The notes under the pieces were generated by a model that was given only the letters and a program-made list of their open reading frames with translations, ran no database searches and had not been told where the DNA came from. A stretch of DNA of 64,000 nt from Muribaculaceae bacterium (lineage in GTDB: Bacteria > Bacteroidota > Bacteroidia > Bacteroidales > Muribaculaceae). Shown here in pieces: positions 1 through 9,289 of the stretch. Each line of letters begins with the position of its first letter. Positions within the stretch are counted from its first letter, which is position 1. Made by a program: the position numbers and the translations under genes. Where the stretch lies: assembly GCA_017651515.1 (NCBI GenBank), contig JAGCCU010000034.1:10049-74048 (forward strand), in the 5' to 3' direction.

Positions 1-88
1 CGATGTGAATCAACGAGAAAAACAAGGGAGAAAAAATCGGTCATGAAAAATTTTTCACTTTTTTGCTTGCAGGTTCAAAATTTAGTAG

Positions 89-96
89 TAACTTTG
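89..96 (+). promoter_or_regulatory. Bacteroidetes sigma-A -7 promoter element (TAACTTTG) for the tRNA pair
   Basis: TAnnTTTG consensus ~28 nt upstream of tRNA-Lys, with a TTG about 19 nt further upstream. Confidence 0.7.
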
Positions 97-123
97 CAGC
101 CGCAAATGAGACAAACGTCTTAT

Positions 124-196
124 GACTCCGTAGCTCAGCTGGTAGAGCAATTGACTCTTAATCAATGGGTCGTGGGTTCGAGTCCCACCGGGGTCA
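124..196 (+). tRNA. tRNA-Lys(CTT)
   Basis: Cloverleaf: GACTCCG/CGGGGTC acceptor stem, AGCTGGTA D loop, ATTGA-CTCTTAA-TCAAT anticodon arm, GGTTCGAGTCCC T arm. Confidence 0.97.
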
Positions 197-206
197 CTCT
201 TTTTTT

Positions 207-291
207 GCCCAGGTGGCGGAATTGGTAGACGCGCACGTTTCAGGTGCGTGTGCCGCAAGGTGTGAAGGTTCGAGTCCTTTCCTGGGCACCA
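207..291 (+). tRNA. tRNA-Leu(CAG)
   Basis: GCCCAGG/CCTGGGC acceptor stem, CACGT-TTCAGGT-GCGTG anticodon arm, long variable arm, GGTTCGAGTCC, encoded CCA. Confidence 0.96.
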
Positions 292-328
292 AGATAGGCT
301 GATAATCATTTGATTATCAGCCTATCTT
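291..328. terminator. Perfect 18-bp inverted repeat, probable bidirectional terminator
   Basis: AAGATAGGCTGATAATCA-TT-TGATTATCAGCCTATCTT between convergent tRNA-Leu and the GH3 gene. Confidence 0.8.
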
Positions 329-346
329 ATTATTCTTATAGTCAAG

Positions 347-1480
347 TTATTCCTTTATCAGTCTTCGTTGAAGTCGGGCGATGCGCGCGTTGCTTTCCAT
401 GATGCGCTGCAGTGACAGTCTGCCGTCTTTAATGGCCGACACGATAACCTCCACAAGTCGTTGTGGTCTATTGGCCTCGAATCCCGTACTGATGTTGTTT
501 CCAACACAGATCATGTCGGCACCAGCATTTATAGCCATCACGATCGCGTTTTCCACGCTGTAGTTATCGATGATGCCCTGCATATACATATCGTCGGTCA
601 CAATCACTCCTTCATAGCCCATTTTGTCACGAAGCAACTCAGTAAGTACTTTGTGTGATAGCGTAGCTGGCAAATCTGGATCGAGTTGGCGGTTCAATAT
701 ATGCGCAGTCATTATCAAATCGGCATCACCGCTGGCAATAAGCTTCTGAAATGGCTCTAACTCACTCTCTTGCCAAGTATTCGTCACATCCACAAATCCC
801 CAGTGTGAGTCATTAAGTGCATTTCCATGACCAGGGAAATGCTTCAGCGCACACAACACACCCTGCTTGTGATGCTCATCAATAAACCAGCCGGCATGAC
901 GTGCAATAACTTCTGTATCACGAGAAAAACAACGATCAAGCTTTCCCAGCCCTGGGTTGTTTGGATTAAACACATCCACAACAGGTGCAAGATTTACGTT
1001 CACCCCACTCTGCGCCACTTCAAAGGCAATGCGCTGCGCATAGTAACGAGTGGTATCTTCGCAGTCGGTACGCCCAAGAAAAGCAGCACTCACTGTGGGC
1101 TGGTAACCGTACTGCGGCTTTAGACGAGCCACGCGACCGCCCTCCTGATCTAGAGCAATAATAAGCGGATAATCTGCCCAGTCGTGCAACTGACGTGTCA
1201 TCTTTATCAGACGTTCCTTGCTGGTCACGTTGCGCGATCCGATGGTTGCCGACCCCGTTAGGTCGACATCAAACAGGATAATTGCACCAACTTTAAGGTC
1301 ACGCACATAACGGGCAGCGTCGCATGTGTCATTCACCTCGTCGCCACGAAATCCCACCATAAGCATCTGAGCGGCATAGCGCCGCAGTACTGAGTCGGGA
1401 GGCATCACTTCTGCTGCATCAACAATTATGGTCGCAGCCATCAATGCTACGACCATAAGTATATATTTCAATCGGTTCAT
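347..1480 (-). CDS. nagZ: GH3 beta-N-acetylhexosaminidase (NagZ-like), secreted
   Basis: DQEGGRVARL, KHFPGHG..DSH and IVTDD motifs; N-terminal signal peptide. Confidence 0.88.
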   Translation of the reverse strand: MNRLKYILMVVALMAATIIVDAAEVMPPDSVLRRYAAQMLMVGFRGDEVNDTCDAARYVRDLKVGAIILFDVDLTGSATIGSRNVTSKERLIKMTRQLHDWADYPLIIALDQEGGRVARLKPQYGYQPTVSAAFLGRTDCEDTTRYYAQRIAFEVAQSGVNVNLAPVVDVFNPNNPGLGKLDRCFSRDTEVIARHAGWFIDEHHKQGVLCALKHFPGHGNALNDSHWGFVDVTNTWQESELEPFQKLIASGDADLIMTAHILNRQLDPDLPATLSHKVLTELLRDKMGYEGVIVTDDMYMQGIIDNYSVENAIVMAINAGADMICVGNNISTGFEANRPQRLVEVIVSAIKDGRLSLQRIMESNARIARLQRRLIKE

Positions 1481-1896
1481 TTCTTAAAGAAGTCAAAGAA
1501 GAAATAGCAAGCTATCCAATCAACACGTATTCCGCGAGCATAGCCCAACACTTCATGTTTGTCGTTTGTCACTTTACCATCGCTCAGGTTAATGGTGCCC
1601 ACTACAACTCCTTCGCCGTTGTGAACCACACCATTGGTATTTATATATCCCACGCGTGTACCCTCGGTGTCGAATATTTCCAAACGATTGATACGTCCCA
1701 CCGGAGTGCCTTCGCGATTACATACTGTTCCGTCGGGTTCAAAGCTACCGACTGAAATTGACTCGGCATTACGCACCATTCCGTTAGGGGATATGCGACC
1801 CATGGCCTGATAGTCGGCATTGCGCAGCACTTGTGCCTGAGTAGACAGTGCCAGTGCCATCACTGCAAGCAGAATATATGATTTTAGAGTTTTCAT
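1477..1896 (-). CDS. Secreted beta-repeat protein (5-fold beta-flower-like)
   Basis: Signal peptide; repeated G.V.N..G..VG.I units; 4-bp overlap with the GH3 gene. Confidence 0.6.
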   Translation of the reverse strand: MKTLKSYILLAVMALALSTQAQVLRNADYQAMGRISPNGMVRNAESISVGSFEPDGTVCNREGTPVGRINRLEIFDTEGTRVGYINTNGVVHNGEGVVVGTINLSDGKVTNDKHEVLGYARGIRVDWIACYFFFDFFKK

Positions 1897-1950
1897 CGTA
1901 ATTATCTTTATATAATGTTTTTCCTTTTGACCATCTTAGGTAAAAAAGGT

Positions 1951-2718
1951 TTATTCCACTCCATAGAGCATGTTAACAACCTTATCATACTGATACTTAC
2001 TATTAAATCCCTGGCGTTCGAGAACAAGGATCTCTTCAATCACACGGTCGAGATAAGGTATGGAAGCATTCTTGGCATTCTTCAGCCCTTTCTCGTACAC
2101 CTTGTAATAAGACTGTTTCTTAAGATTTTTATGGAAATTCTTGCTCGCGTCGCTGCCAACACCCTGAGTAGCCCATTTCAGGTTAGCAAAATTAGAACGT
2201 TGCTTGTCCATAAAGTCGCGAAGCTCCTTTGTATATTTGCCATAGTCGCGCACTAGATTCATCTTCTCCAGCACTTCCTTGGTTTCCATGTTTTCAGCTT
2301 CGCGCAAAGCAGTTTCCACATCAAGCTTGTTATATGGATTCATCAGAACTTCCTGAACCCTCTTATCGAAAACCAGATTGTCTCGGTTAGCGAAGGTAGC
2401 CTGACGTGCCTTGTTTGCAGCCTTGATCTCATTTTGGAAACCTTTTTTGGTTTTTTCAAGCTCACTGATTTGTCCTTTGACATCCTTTACCACCTTGTTA
2501 AGGCTGTCGAGTCTCTCCTTGAGCTCGGTTATCCGGGCATCAAGAGCCTCAATGCTATCCTGACTATCCTCCACAACTTCCTCATGATACTTGATGTCGT
2601 CCTCGAGCTGTGCTACAGCGGTATTTGTTGTCTTTACATCGTCGTCATCGTCAGCCAGAATGGTGAAATCTGAATACGATAAAAGTGCCAAGGCACAGAA
2701 AATAGCTATCTTTTTCAT
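1951..2718 (-). CDS. Secreted coiled-coil hypothetical protein
   Basis: 255-aa ORF with signal peptide and heptad-rich N-terminal half. Confidence 0.7.
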   Translation of the reverse strand: MKKIAIFCALALLSYSDFTILADDDDDVKTTNTAVAQLEDDIKYHEEVVEDSQDSIEALDARITELKERLDSLNKVVKDVKGQISELEKTKKGFQNEIKAANKARQATFANRDNLVFDKRVQEVLMNPYNKLDVETALREAENMETKEVLEKMNLVRDYGKYTKELRDFMDKQRSNFANLKWATQGVGSDASKNFHKNLKKQSYYKVYEKGLKNAKNASIPYLDRVIEEILVLERQGFNSKYQYDKVVNMLYGVE

Positions 2719-2976
2719 GTTCTTAAAATTTATCTTTCATGCGCAAAATTAAGAAAAAAATCGTTTTGTTCTGTGATTGAATGACAAATAATTGCATCAC
2801 ATGCCCAAAATAGCACTAAAAATGCCGCAAATCAGAGCCACCACCCCACCCTCGGAGTCCTGAAGGACAAACGCAATGCAGCAAATTTCACAAAATTATA
2901 TTTGTGAGATTTCGTTTAATTACCGTCACTACGTGGCGCCCTATCGAAGTCGCTTCGCGAGAACTCGGAATAAAAA

Positions 2977-3006
2977 TAGAGCCGATGCTTTACGCTCCGG
3001 CTCTAA
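2977..3006 (-). terminator. Probable intrinsic terminator
   Basis: TAGAGCCG...CGGCTCTA stem preceded by an A-tract (T-tract on the - strand), downstream of 3036-4982. Confidence 0.55.
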
Positions 3007-3035
3007 ATTATCCATTGTAAATTATCAATTGTCAA

Positions 3036-4982
3036 TTAACGAACAATCTTAGTAGTAGAAGTTGTGCCATCGGTGTATCGAGTCACAACGATGTTGATGC
3101 CATCAAATGGCTTGCTACTTGTATGACCCATTGAGTTGACATACTTAACCGACACCACGTTATCGGTGTTGATATTGCTAATGCCTGTGTTAAGGGCCTC
3201 GAGTTCAAGTGCTACGTCTTGTGCTTTATTGATGTCAACGTTCTCAACGGTCTGGCTAACATAACCATCTTTCTCAAATGTCATGTCATAGGTAGCGCCT
3301 TCAACTGGAGTGATATCCATTGAATAAACACCATCAGCATCGGTTGTGGCGGTATAGGAAATAACATCAGCCTTTGCTGGAGTGTTAACGACGAGTGTCA
3401 CTGCAACACCTTCGATACCTTCTTCTGTTTCCTTATCGGTAACTGTACCGCTAACAGTAACATTAACATTTGTAACGATCTCTTTGAAGAGCTGGACATA
3501 ATAATCTTTTCCGCCACTTGTCATTGCACTGAATATGCCTTTACTCTTATAACATATCTGATAATCGGGAGCACCATTGCTAATTATATAGGCATTGTTA
3601 TAATCATCAAATGAGATAGCCCAAGTATCGTCGGCAGTTCCATTCTGAGAAATCTCGTTGATAGTACTTTCAAACTTCAGATAACCATATTCACTTTGGA
3701 ACGTCCAGCCATCTTTGTCGCTGCCGCCAAGAACAAACTGGGCTACATCCGAATCACTACTGATTGTAACCTTATGTTCTTTATCAATCGCAACGGCTAA
3801 TGCAGAGTTTACAGGAATGCCAAGTGCTTTTTTAGCATCTTCATTAACAATCAGATACTTTGCTCCAACTTCAAAAGGATTATCTGTTTTACTTGTAACG
3901 AGTTCATACATTGACTCTGTTGGTTCTGGACCATTATAAACAAATGTGGCATTTACGGTTACATTTGCTGCCGGCATATTGAAACTGTAACACCCTTCTT
4001 CTTCATTATACGAACCCTTGAGCAGATCAACAGTATAACCCTCTTCTGGAATATACGTCAGCGTCGCAATTTCACGGTTGTTACAAGGAGTAACATATAC
4101 ATTTATGATTTGGTCTTCAACAAGGTTGTTGAGGGATGTGTTAAATATGTCAGTTGAACTGAAACTTACTATGCCGCCAGTGCTGGTGTTTGCTGGGATA
4201 GTAGCATTGAAAATCGGGTAGACATTATAAGTCTCGCTGGCTGTCTTAGTAATATACTCGGTATTGCCTGCCACAAGTGTACACTTACCAGTTATAGTTA
4301 TCTCACCCAAATCATAAAGGTTCATCCCATAGTCTATTACATATTTTGATATTTGAATGTCGTTAACAAAGAACTTGACTTCAGGAGGAGTAATGTTTAT
4401 GGTGCTACCAGAGCTGTTAACAACTGGATTGCACTCAGAAATAAATGTGTTGAAATTTTCGCTAAGTGTAACGTTTACAAGGGCTCCCATAGGCACATCA
4501 CCACCCTCTGGCGTAATAGTTGGAGCCAAATCCTTAACCTCATCGAGGCTGAAACTCGACAAATCGCCAGCAACAGAAATTTTATAGAGTCCGGAAGGAA
4601 TCAAAAATGCTTTATCATTATTCTGCTTTGTCAAAGGAACATTTGAAACTGTTCCATTATTTAACCAATAATAGTTACCATTGTCAGGAGATGGTGAATA
4701 GCGGTTGTCGTTCACATAGCCCCAACCACCGTTGTCATTATCATTTGCAACAACAGTTGTGAATGCAAACCACGTTCCAGGAACACCCATAGGGTTATCT
4801 GAATTACCGATGACCCAGATATCTGCAGTATAAATATCATTTTTATCATCAAAGGTCATCTTTACAGCTTGATTGGGCTGAGAACCATTACCATTGACCA
4901 GACCCAAGATGTAAAGGTCATCTGCCATACCTACACCGAATGTGAAGGTGAGCATCATCAAACATAGAAAAAGTTTTTTCAT
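3036..4982 (-). CDS. Multidomain T9SS-secreted surface protein (SusE/F-like N-terminal module, carboxypeptidase-regulatory-like domain, CTD)
   Basis: Signal peptide; LYILG...KMT...YTA module; VSGTVTDKET.E.IEGVAV prealbumin-like fold; C-terminal TGISNI...KYVNSMG...PFDGINIVVTRYTDGTTSTTKIVR sorting domain. Confidence 0.72.
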   Translation of the reverse strand: MKKLFLCLMMLTFTFGVGMADDLYILGLVNGNGSQPNQAVKMTFDDKNDIYTADIWVIGNSDNPMGVPGTWFAFTTVVANDNDNGGWGYVNDNRYSPSPDNGNYYWLNNGTVSNVPLTKQNNDKAFLIPSGLYKISVAGDLSSFSLDEVKDLAPTITPEGGDVPMGALVNVTLSENFNTFISECNPVVNSSGSTINITPPEVKFFVNDIQISKYVIDYGMNLYDLGEITITGKCTLVAGNTEYITKTASETYNVYPIFNATIPANTSTGGIVSFSSTDIFNTSLNNLVEDQIINVYVTPCNNREIATLTYIPEEGYTVDLLKGSYNEEEGCYSFNMPAANVTVNATFVYNGPEPTESMYELVTSKTDNPFEVGAKYLIVNEDAKKALGIPVNSALAVAIDKEHKVTISSDSDVAQFVLGGSDKDGWTFQSEYGYLKFESTINEISQNGTADDTWAISFDDYNNAYIISNGAPDYQICYKSKGIFSAMTSGGKDYYVQLFKEIVTNVNVTVSGTVTDKETEEGIEGVAVTLVVNTPAKADVISYTATTDADGVYSMDITPVEGATYDMTFEKDGYVSQTVENVDINKAQDVALELEALNTGISNINTDNVVSVKYVNSMGHTSSKPFDGINIVVTRYTDGTTSTTKIVR

Positions 4983-5197
4983 AATAGATTAAATTTATAA
5001 AGTTTATAAAATAATTTTTCTTTTCAAGAAATCTCGAAGATCTCGGACGCAGTGAAGCTACTGCTCACAAAATTGGTTGCAAATCTTGGCAATAAAGCAT
5101 ATCACTTTGAAATGCGACCACAAAAATAGCACTTAGCCGTGGATTGGACAATAATTTCACCCGATTTTTTGTTAAAAACACAATAAAATAAGCAAAT

Positions 5198-5314
5198 AGC
5201 AAGTTTTGCTTTTTCGCTCAACTTGCACTAATGTTGATGACTGCGTTCTCGAAATTAGGCTGCGTCTCGGAAAAATCAAAGCAAGCTTTGCTTTTTCGCT
5301 CAACTTACACTAAT
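5198..5314 (+). repeat. 35-bp direct repeat (33/35 identical, 82-bp period) ending in a promoter
   Basis: AGCAAGTTTTGCTTTTTCGCTCAACTTGCACTAAT (5198-5232) vs AGCAAGCTTTGCTTTTTCGCTCAACTTACACTAAT (5280-5314); second copy runs into TAATTTTG at 5311-5318. Confidence 0.85.
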
Positions 5315-5343
5315 TTTGCACTGAAATATAAAATAACAATATT

Positions 5344-5988
5344 ATGATAAAGAAAGTATTTTTACTCGTGACAGTGTGTATGATTGCACTTGCAGCCACA
5401 TGCGCTCAACCTGCTGACAAGCAACAGTCAAAAAAATCAACAAAGAAAACAACAGCCGTCGCCAAAAAACCGGCCAAGAAATCGACAGCCGCTACTACAG
5501 CTGGCAATAGCTCGTTCATCGTAATATCGAAAAAAGACCTCAACCTGCGCGTCTATGGCAAGCAAGGTAAGGATACCGTTCTTTTGGCGCAATTCCCTGC
5601 CTGTCTGAGTAAGAACAGAGGTAACAAGGAACGCAAGGGCGACATGAAGACACCCGAGTCACCAACAGGAAAGCCATTCAAAATCACCGCCATACAGGAC
5701 GCCAGCACCTGGACGCACGACTTCAAGGATGGGCGCGGCAGCATCAAGGCCTATGGACACTGGTTCCTACGTCTGGAAACGCCTGGCCACAGCGGTATCG
5801 GAATCCATGGAAGTACTAATAACGAAAGTTCAGTGCCTGGTCGTGCTAGCGAGGGTTGCATCCGCCTGCGCGATGCTGACATCATCACCCTAAAGCAGAA
5901 ATATGCCTACGTAGGCATGCCAGTTTACATCAAGGCTGAAAACGAAGGTCTCTATCCTTGGGAAACCCGCGTAAAGAAGCAACAGTAA
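5344..5988 (+). CDS. L,D-transpeptidase (YkuD family)
   Basis: GD.KTP and IGIHG...ASEGCIRL catalytic His/Cys motif; signal peptide and K/T/A-rich linker. Confidence 0.9.
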   Translation: MIKKVFLLVTVCMIALAATCAQPADKQQSKKSTKKTTAVAKKPAKKSTAATTAGNSSFIVISKKDLNLRVYGKQGKDTVLLAQFPACLSKNRGNKERKGDMKTPESPTGKPFKITAIQDASTWTHDFKDGRGSIKAYGHWFLRLETPGHSGIGIHGSTNNESSVPGRASEGCIRLRDADIITLKQKYAYVGMPVYIKAENEGLYPWETRVKKQQ

Positions 5989-6030
5989 CTCTTAGACAGC
6001 CACTGCATTACTAATCTCAAAAGACAAAAA

Positions 6031-8535
6031 ATGGATAAAAAGATATTCGGATTATTCACAGTGCGCAGCCTAGTGCACGCATTGACAGCTATCGTGGTTT
6101 TTGCTGCCATCTCGTGGGCATTCTTCTACCCTAACGACGTGAACGGCGACCAATTGCAGCAACACGATGTGATGCAAGGTATTGCCAATGGTCAAGAAGG
6201 CGTGGAATTTGAGCAACAGACAGGCGAGATAACTCGTTGGACCGATGCTCTATTCGGTGGTATGCCTACGTTCCAGATTCGCCCAACCTACAGCAATACT
6301 CCTTACCTGTCGTGGGTATCTGATATTTATTCACTAGGATTTCCTTCACCAGTAAGCTGGCTTTTCATACTGATGCTGGGATTTTTCATACAGATGTTGG
6401 CATTCAAGGTGAGGTGGTATCTCGCTATTCTAGGATCGATAGCTTATGCTTTCTCAACCTATTTCATCATCCTAATTGGTGCCGGACACATCTGGAAACT
6501 GCTCACCCTGGCCTATGTGCCGCCAACAATCGCTGGTGTTGTACTATGCTACCGAGGCAAATATCTGGGTGGAGCAGCATTGGCCGCATTATTCGGCACA
6601 TTGCAACTCATATCCAACCATGTGCAGATGACATATTATTTTGTCTTTGTTATCGTGGCTTTGGTGATTGCCTATCTGTGTCAAGCCATCAAGGAGAAAA
6701 AAGTGGGTGGATGGGTAAAAGCCACCTGTGCATTAGCTGTAGCCGCCGTACTCGCACTAGCTGCGAATGCGCCCAATTTATACATGTCGTACAAGTATTC
6801 AAAAGAGACCATCAGAGGCGGACATAGCGAACTCACCACCAATGCCGATGGCGAACAAATTACCACTACAACCGATGGCGGTCTGGACAAGGAATACATC
6901 ACCCAATGGAGCTACGGCAAAGGGGAGACGTTCACGCTGATGATACCAAACGTAAAGGGTGGCGCCACAATACGACCTGAACACGGCGACAACCACTTCC
7001 TGTCGCTTGCTGAGACCAGCAAGGCACAAACCATGGGTGAAAAAGGTGAGATTAGCGGTCAAGACTATCAAGTGCTGCAGCAATTCCCGCAATATTTCGG
7101 TGACCAGCCCATGACCAATGGCCCTGTCTATGTGGGCATCATAATCTTTGCGCTATTCCTCATTGGGTGCGCCATCGTAAAGGGACCTGTGAAATGGGGA
7201 CTTGTAATCGTAACCATTCTCTCGATATTCCTATCGTGGGGACACAACATGATGTGGTTTACCGATCTGTTCATCGACTACTTCCCTATGTACAACAAGT
7301 TCCGCACACCAGCCAGCATATTAGTCATAGCTGAATTTACAATGCCGTTGCTGGCAGTTCTGGCACTACAACAAATTATCAATGACCCAAAGGGTACTTT
7401 ACGTGACAACAAAGGGGCATTGATATTCAGCGGAGCGTTCTGTGGTCTTGTGTGCCTGCTTTCATGGATATTCCCTGGCATCTTTGGAGCATACTCTGCT
7501 CAAGAGACCGAACAAGTGATGGGACAGTTGCAACAATTCCCAACTGTGGATGCAGCCATACGCACTGTGCGCGGCGCACTGGTGAGTGCCGATGCCATGC
7601 GATCGCTGGTGTTCCTGCTTTTAGGCGCAGCCGTGCTGTATATCTTCTATAAGGGTAAAATCAACAGGACAATTACCGCCGTTGCAATCACAGCGTTGGT
7701 ACTCATCGACATGTTTGCAGTCAACAAGAGATATGTAAACGAAGATACCTTCGTACCACGTTTGGAAGCTCAGGAATTCACACCACGCCCCGTTGATGAG
7801 CAAATCCGCCAAGACACAACCCACTATCGTGTATTAGACATTCAGCATTTTGCAGAGGCCATGCCAAGTTACTTCCACAAGACAGTAGGCGGTTATCACG
7901 CTGCAAAGTTAACGCGTTATAACGACTTGATTGAGCGACAGATAGTCAACAACAATACCGAGGTAATGAATATGCTCAACACCAAGTATATCATTATTAA
8001 CGACAATCAGGTTCAGCAAAATCCCGATGCACTGGGCAATGCCTGGTGGGTTGACACAATAGCCTACGTCGATGGTGCCGATCAGGAAATGGCGTTTCTT
8101 GACAGTATCGATGCCCGCCATCAGGCAGTGGCCGACAAGCAGTTTGCCGAAACACTTGGCAAAGCCGTACCACATATGGCCGGTGACACCATCTCACTTA
8201 CTGAGTACAAGCCCAACAAGCTCACCTTCGACGCACACAGCCAGAACGGAGGTTTGGCGGTATTCAGTGAGGTGTATTTCCCCTGGGGATGGAAGGCAAC
8301 AATCGACGGCAAGGAAGCAGCAATCGGCCGTGTTAACTATGTGTTGCGTGCTATGCAGATTCCTGCAGGCAATCACAAAATAGAGATGACGTTCGACCCT
8401 GAAGAGGTACATAAGACCGAGACGGCTGCCACCACAGCCATTGTGCTGATCTTCTTAGCACTGTTTGCAGCTTTCAACCTTGCCATTTATAAGAAACTAA
8501 AGGAATCGAAAGTTGCTGAGACCGGAAAGGATTGA
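6031..8535 (+). CDS. YfhO-family polytopic membrane protein (GT-C-type glycosyltransferase-like)
   Basis: Many TM helices; WT..LFGGMP, GYHAAKL.RY, VFSEVYFP.GW.ATIDG and RVNYVLRAM motifs. Confidence 0.85.
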   Translation: MDKKIFGLFTVRSLVHALTAIVVFAAISWAFFYPNDVNGDQLQQHDVMQGIANGQEGVEFEQQTGEITRWTDALFGGMPTFQIRPTYSNTPYLSWVSDIYSLGFPSPVSWLFILMLGFFIQMLAFKVRWYLAILGSIAYAFSTYFIILIGAGHIWKLLTLAYVPPTIAGVVLCYRGKYLGGAALAALFGTLQLISNHVQMTYYFVFVIVALVIAYLCQAIKEKKVGGWVKATCALAVAAVLALAANAPNLYMSYKYSKETIRGGHSELTTNADGEQITTTTDGGLDKEYITQWSYGKGETFTLMIPNVKGGATIRPEHGDNHFLSLAETSKAQTMGEKGEISGQDYQVLQQFPQYFGDQPMTNGPVYVGIIIFALFLIGCAIVKGPVKWGLVIVTILSIFLSWGHNMMWFTDLFIDYFPMYNKFRTPASILVIAEFTMPLLAVLALQQIINDPKGTLRDNKGALIFSGAFCGLVCLLSWIFPGIFGAYSAQETEQVMGQLQQFPTVDAAIRTVRGALVSADAMRSLVFLLLGAAVLYIFYKGKINRTITAVAITALVLIDMFAVNKRYVNEDTFVPRLEAQEFTPRPVDEQIRQDTTHYRVLDIQHFAEAMPSYFHKTVGGYHAAKLTRYNDLIERQIVNNNTEVMNMLNTKYIIINDNQVQQNPDALGNAWWVDTIAYVDGADQEMAFLDSIDARHQAVADKQFAETLGKAVPHMAGDTISLTEYKPNKLTFDAHSQNGGLAVFSEVYFPWGWKATIDGKEAAIGRVNYVLRAMQIPAGNHKIEMTFDPEEVHKTETAATTAIVLIFLALFAAFNLAIYKKLKESKVAETGKD

Positions 8536-9254
8536 TGGGTATTATCCGACGATATCGTACAGCCATCAAGCGACACCACCGAAGCGCAGGTTTCGGCATT
8601 CACTCGCCACATGCGTTCAACTTTGTGACCAACGTGCTACGCGGGCGACTGCCTTACTACGCCTATGACGATATCGCCACACTGCGACAGCATGTGATAG
8701 ATGCCTCAAAAAGCAACTGGCCACATCCGCGCATCATATCCTTTAAGAATGCCAAACTGCTATTCCGTATCGTCAACAATTTCAATCCTCAGGAAATCCT
8801 GCAGATAGGCACTTGTTACGGTGTTTCAAGTGCCTGTGCGTTGGCAGTGGACAGTAAAAGTCACATTACACTTTATGAGCCGAATATCGACGTATATCCG
8901 CCAACTCAAGAAGTTTTTGAGAAACTAGGCAATCGAGTCACGCGTCACGATACGCTGGAAGTCTCCTTAAATGATTACAGCACTCTACTTGACAATCAGG
9001 CACCGTTTATCATTGTAAACAATCTGCCCGACGAGAAGCAAGACTACAATACTTTGCTAGAGTGGATCAAGCCACATCTGACCAACGAATGCGTAGTAAT
9101 AATGAGAAATCTTGCTCGCCACGACCACATGAAGCGACTGTGGAATGACTGCAAAACGGCAGCAACTGGCGGACAGACGTTCACCAATGAGAAAATCGCC
9201 ATTATCGTCGCCACACCAAAACTTCAACGCGAAGACTTTTTCCTCTGGTTCTAA
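8535..9254 (+). CDS. Degenerate SAM-dependent methyltransferase-like protein
   Basis: GFGIHSP.AF.FV and LLFRIVN..P..ILQIGT.YGVSS, typical of a Bacteroidales methyltransferase-like family; ATG overlaps the yfhO stop. Confidence 0.65.
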   Translation: MGIIRRYRTAIKRHHRSAGFGIHSPHAFNFVTNVLRGRLPYYAYDDIATLRQHVIDASKSNWPHPRIISFKNAKLLFRIVNNFNPQEILQIGTCYGVSSACALAVDSKSHITLYEPNIDVYPPTQEVFEKLGNRVTRHDTLEVSLNDYSTLLDNQAPFIIVNNLPDEKQDYNTLLEWIKPHLTNECVVIMRNLARHDHMKRLWNDCKTAATGGQTFTNEKIAIIVATPKLQREDFFLWF

Positions 9255-9289
9255 TAACACTACAAATACAACATCAATACTATTTCATT

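Noticed and set aside
43-309. Short ORFs 43-228 (+) and 82-309 (-)
   Set aside because: They are translations of the two tRNA genes
124-328. tRNA 3' end as attachment site for an island
   Set aside because: No duplicate of either tRNA 3' end seen in the window, and a terminator plus backbone gene follow directly
5198-5314. CRISPR array (35-bp repeat, 47-bp spacer)
   Set aside because: Only two imperfect copies, no cas genes, and the repeat overlaps a promoter consensus
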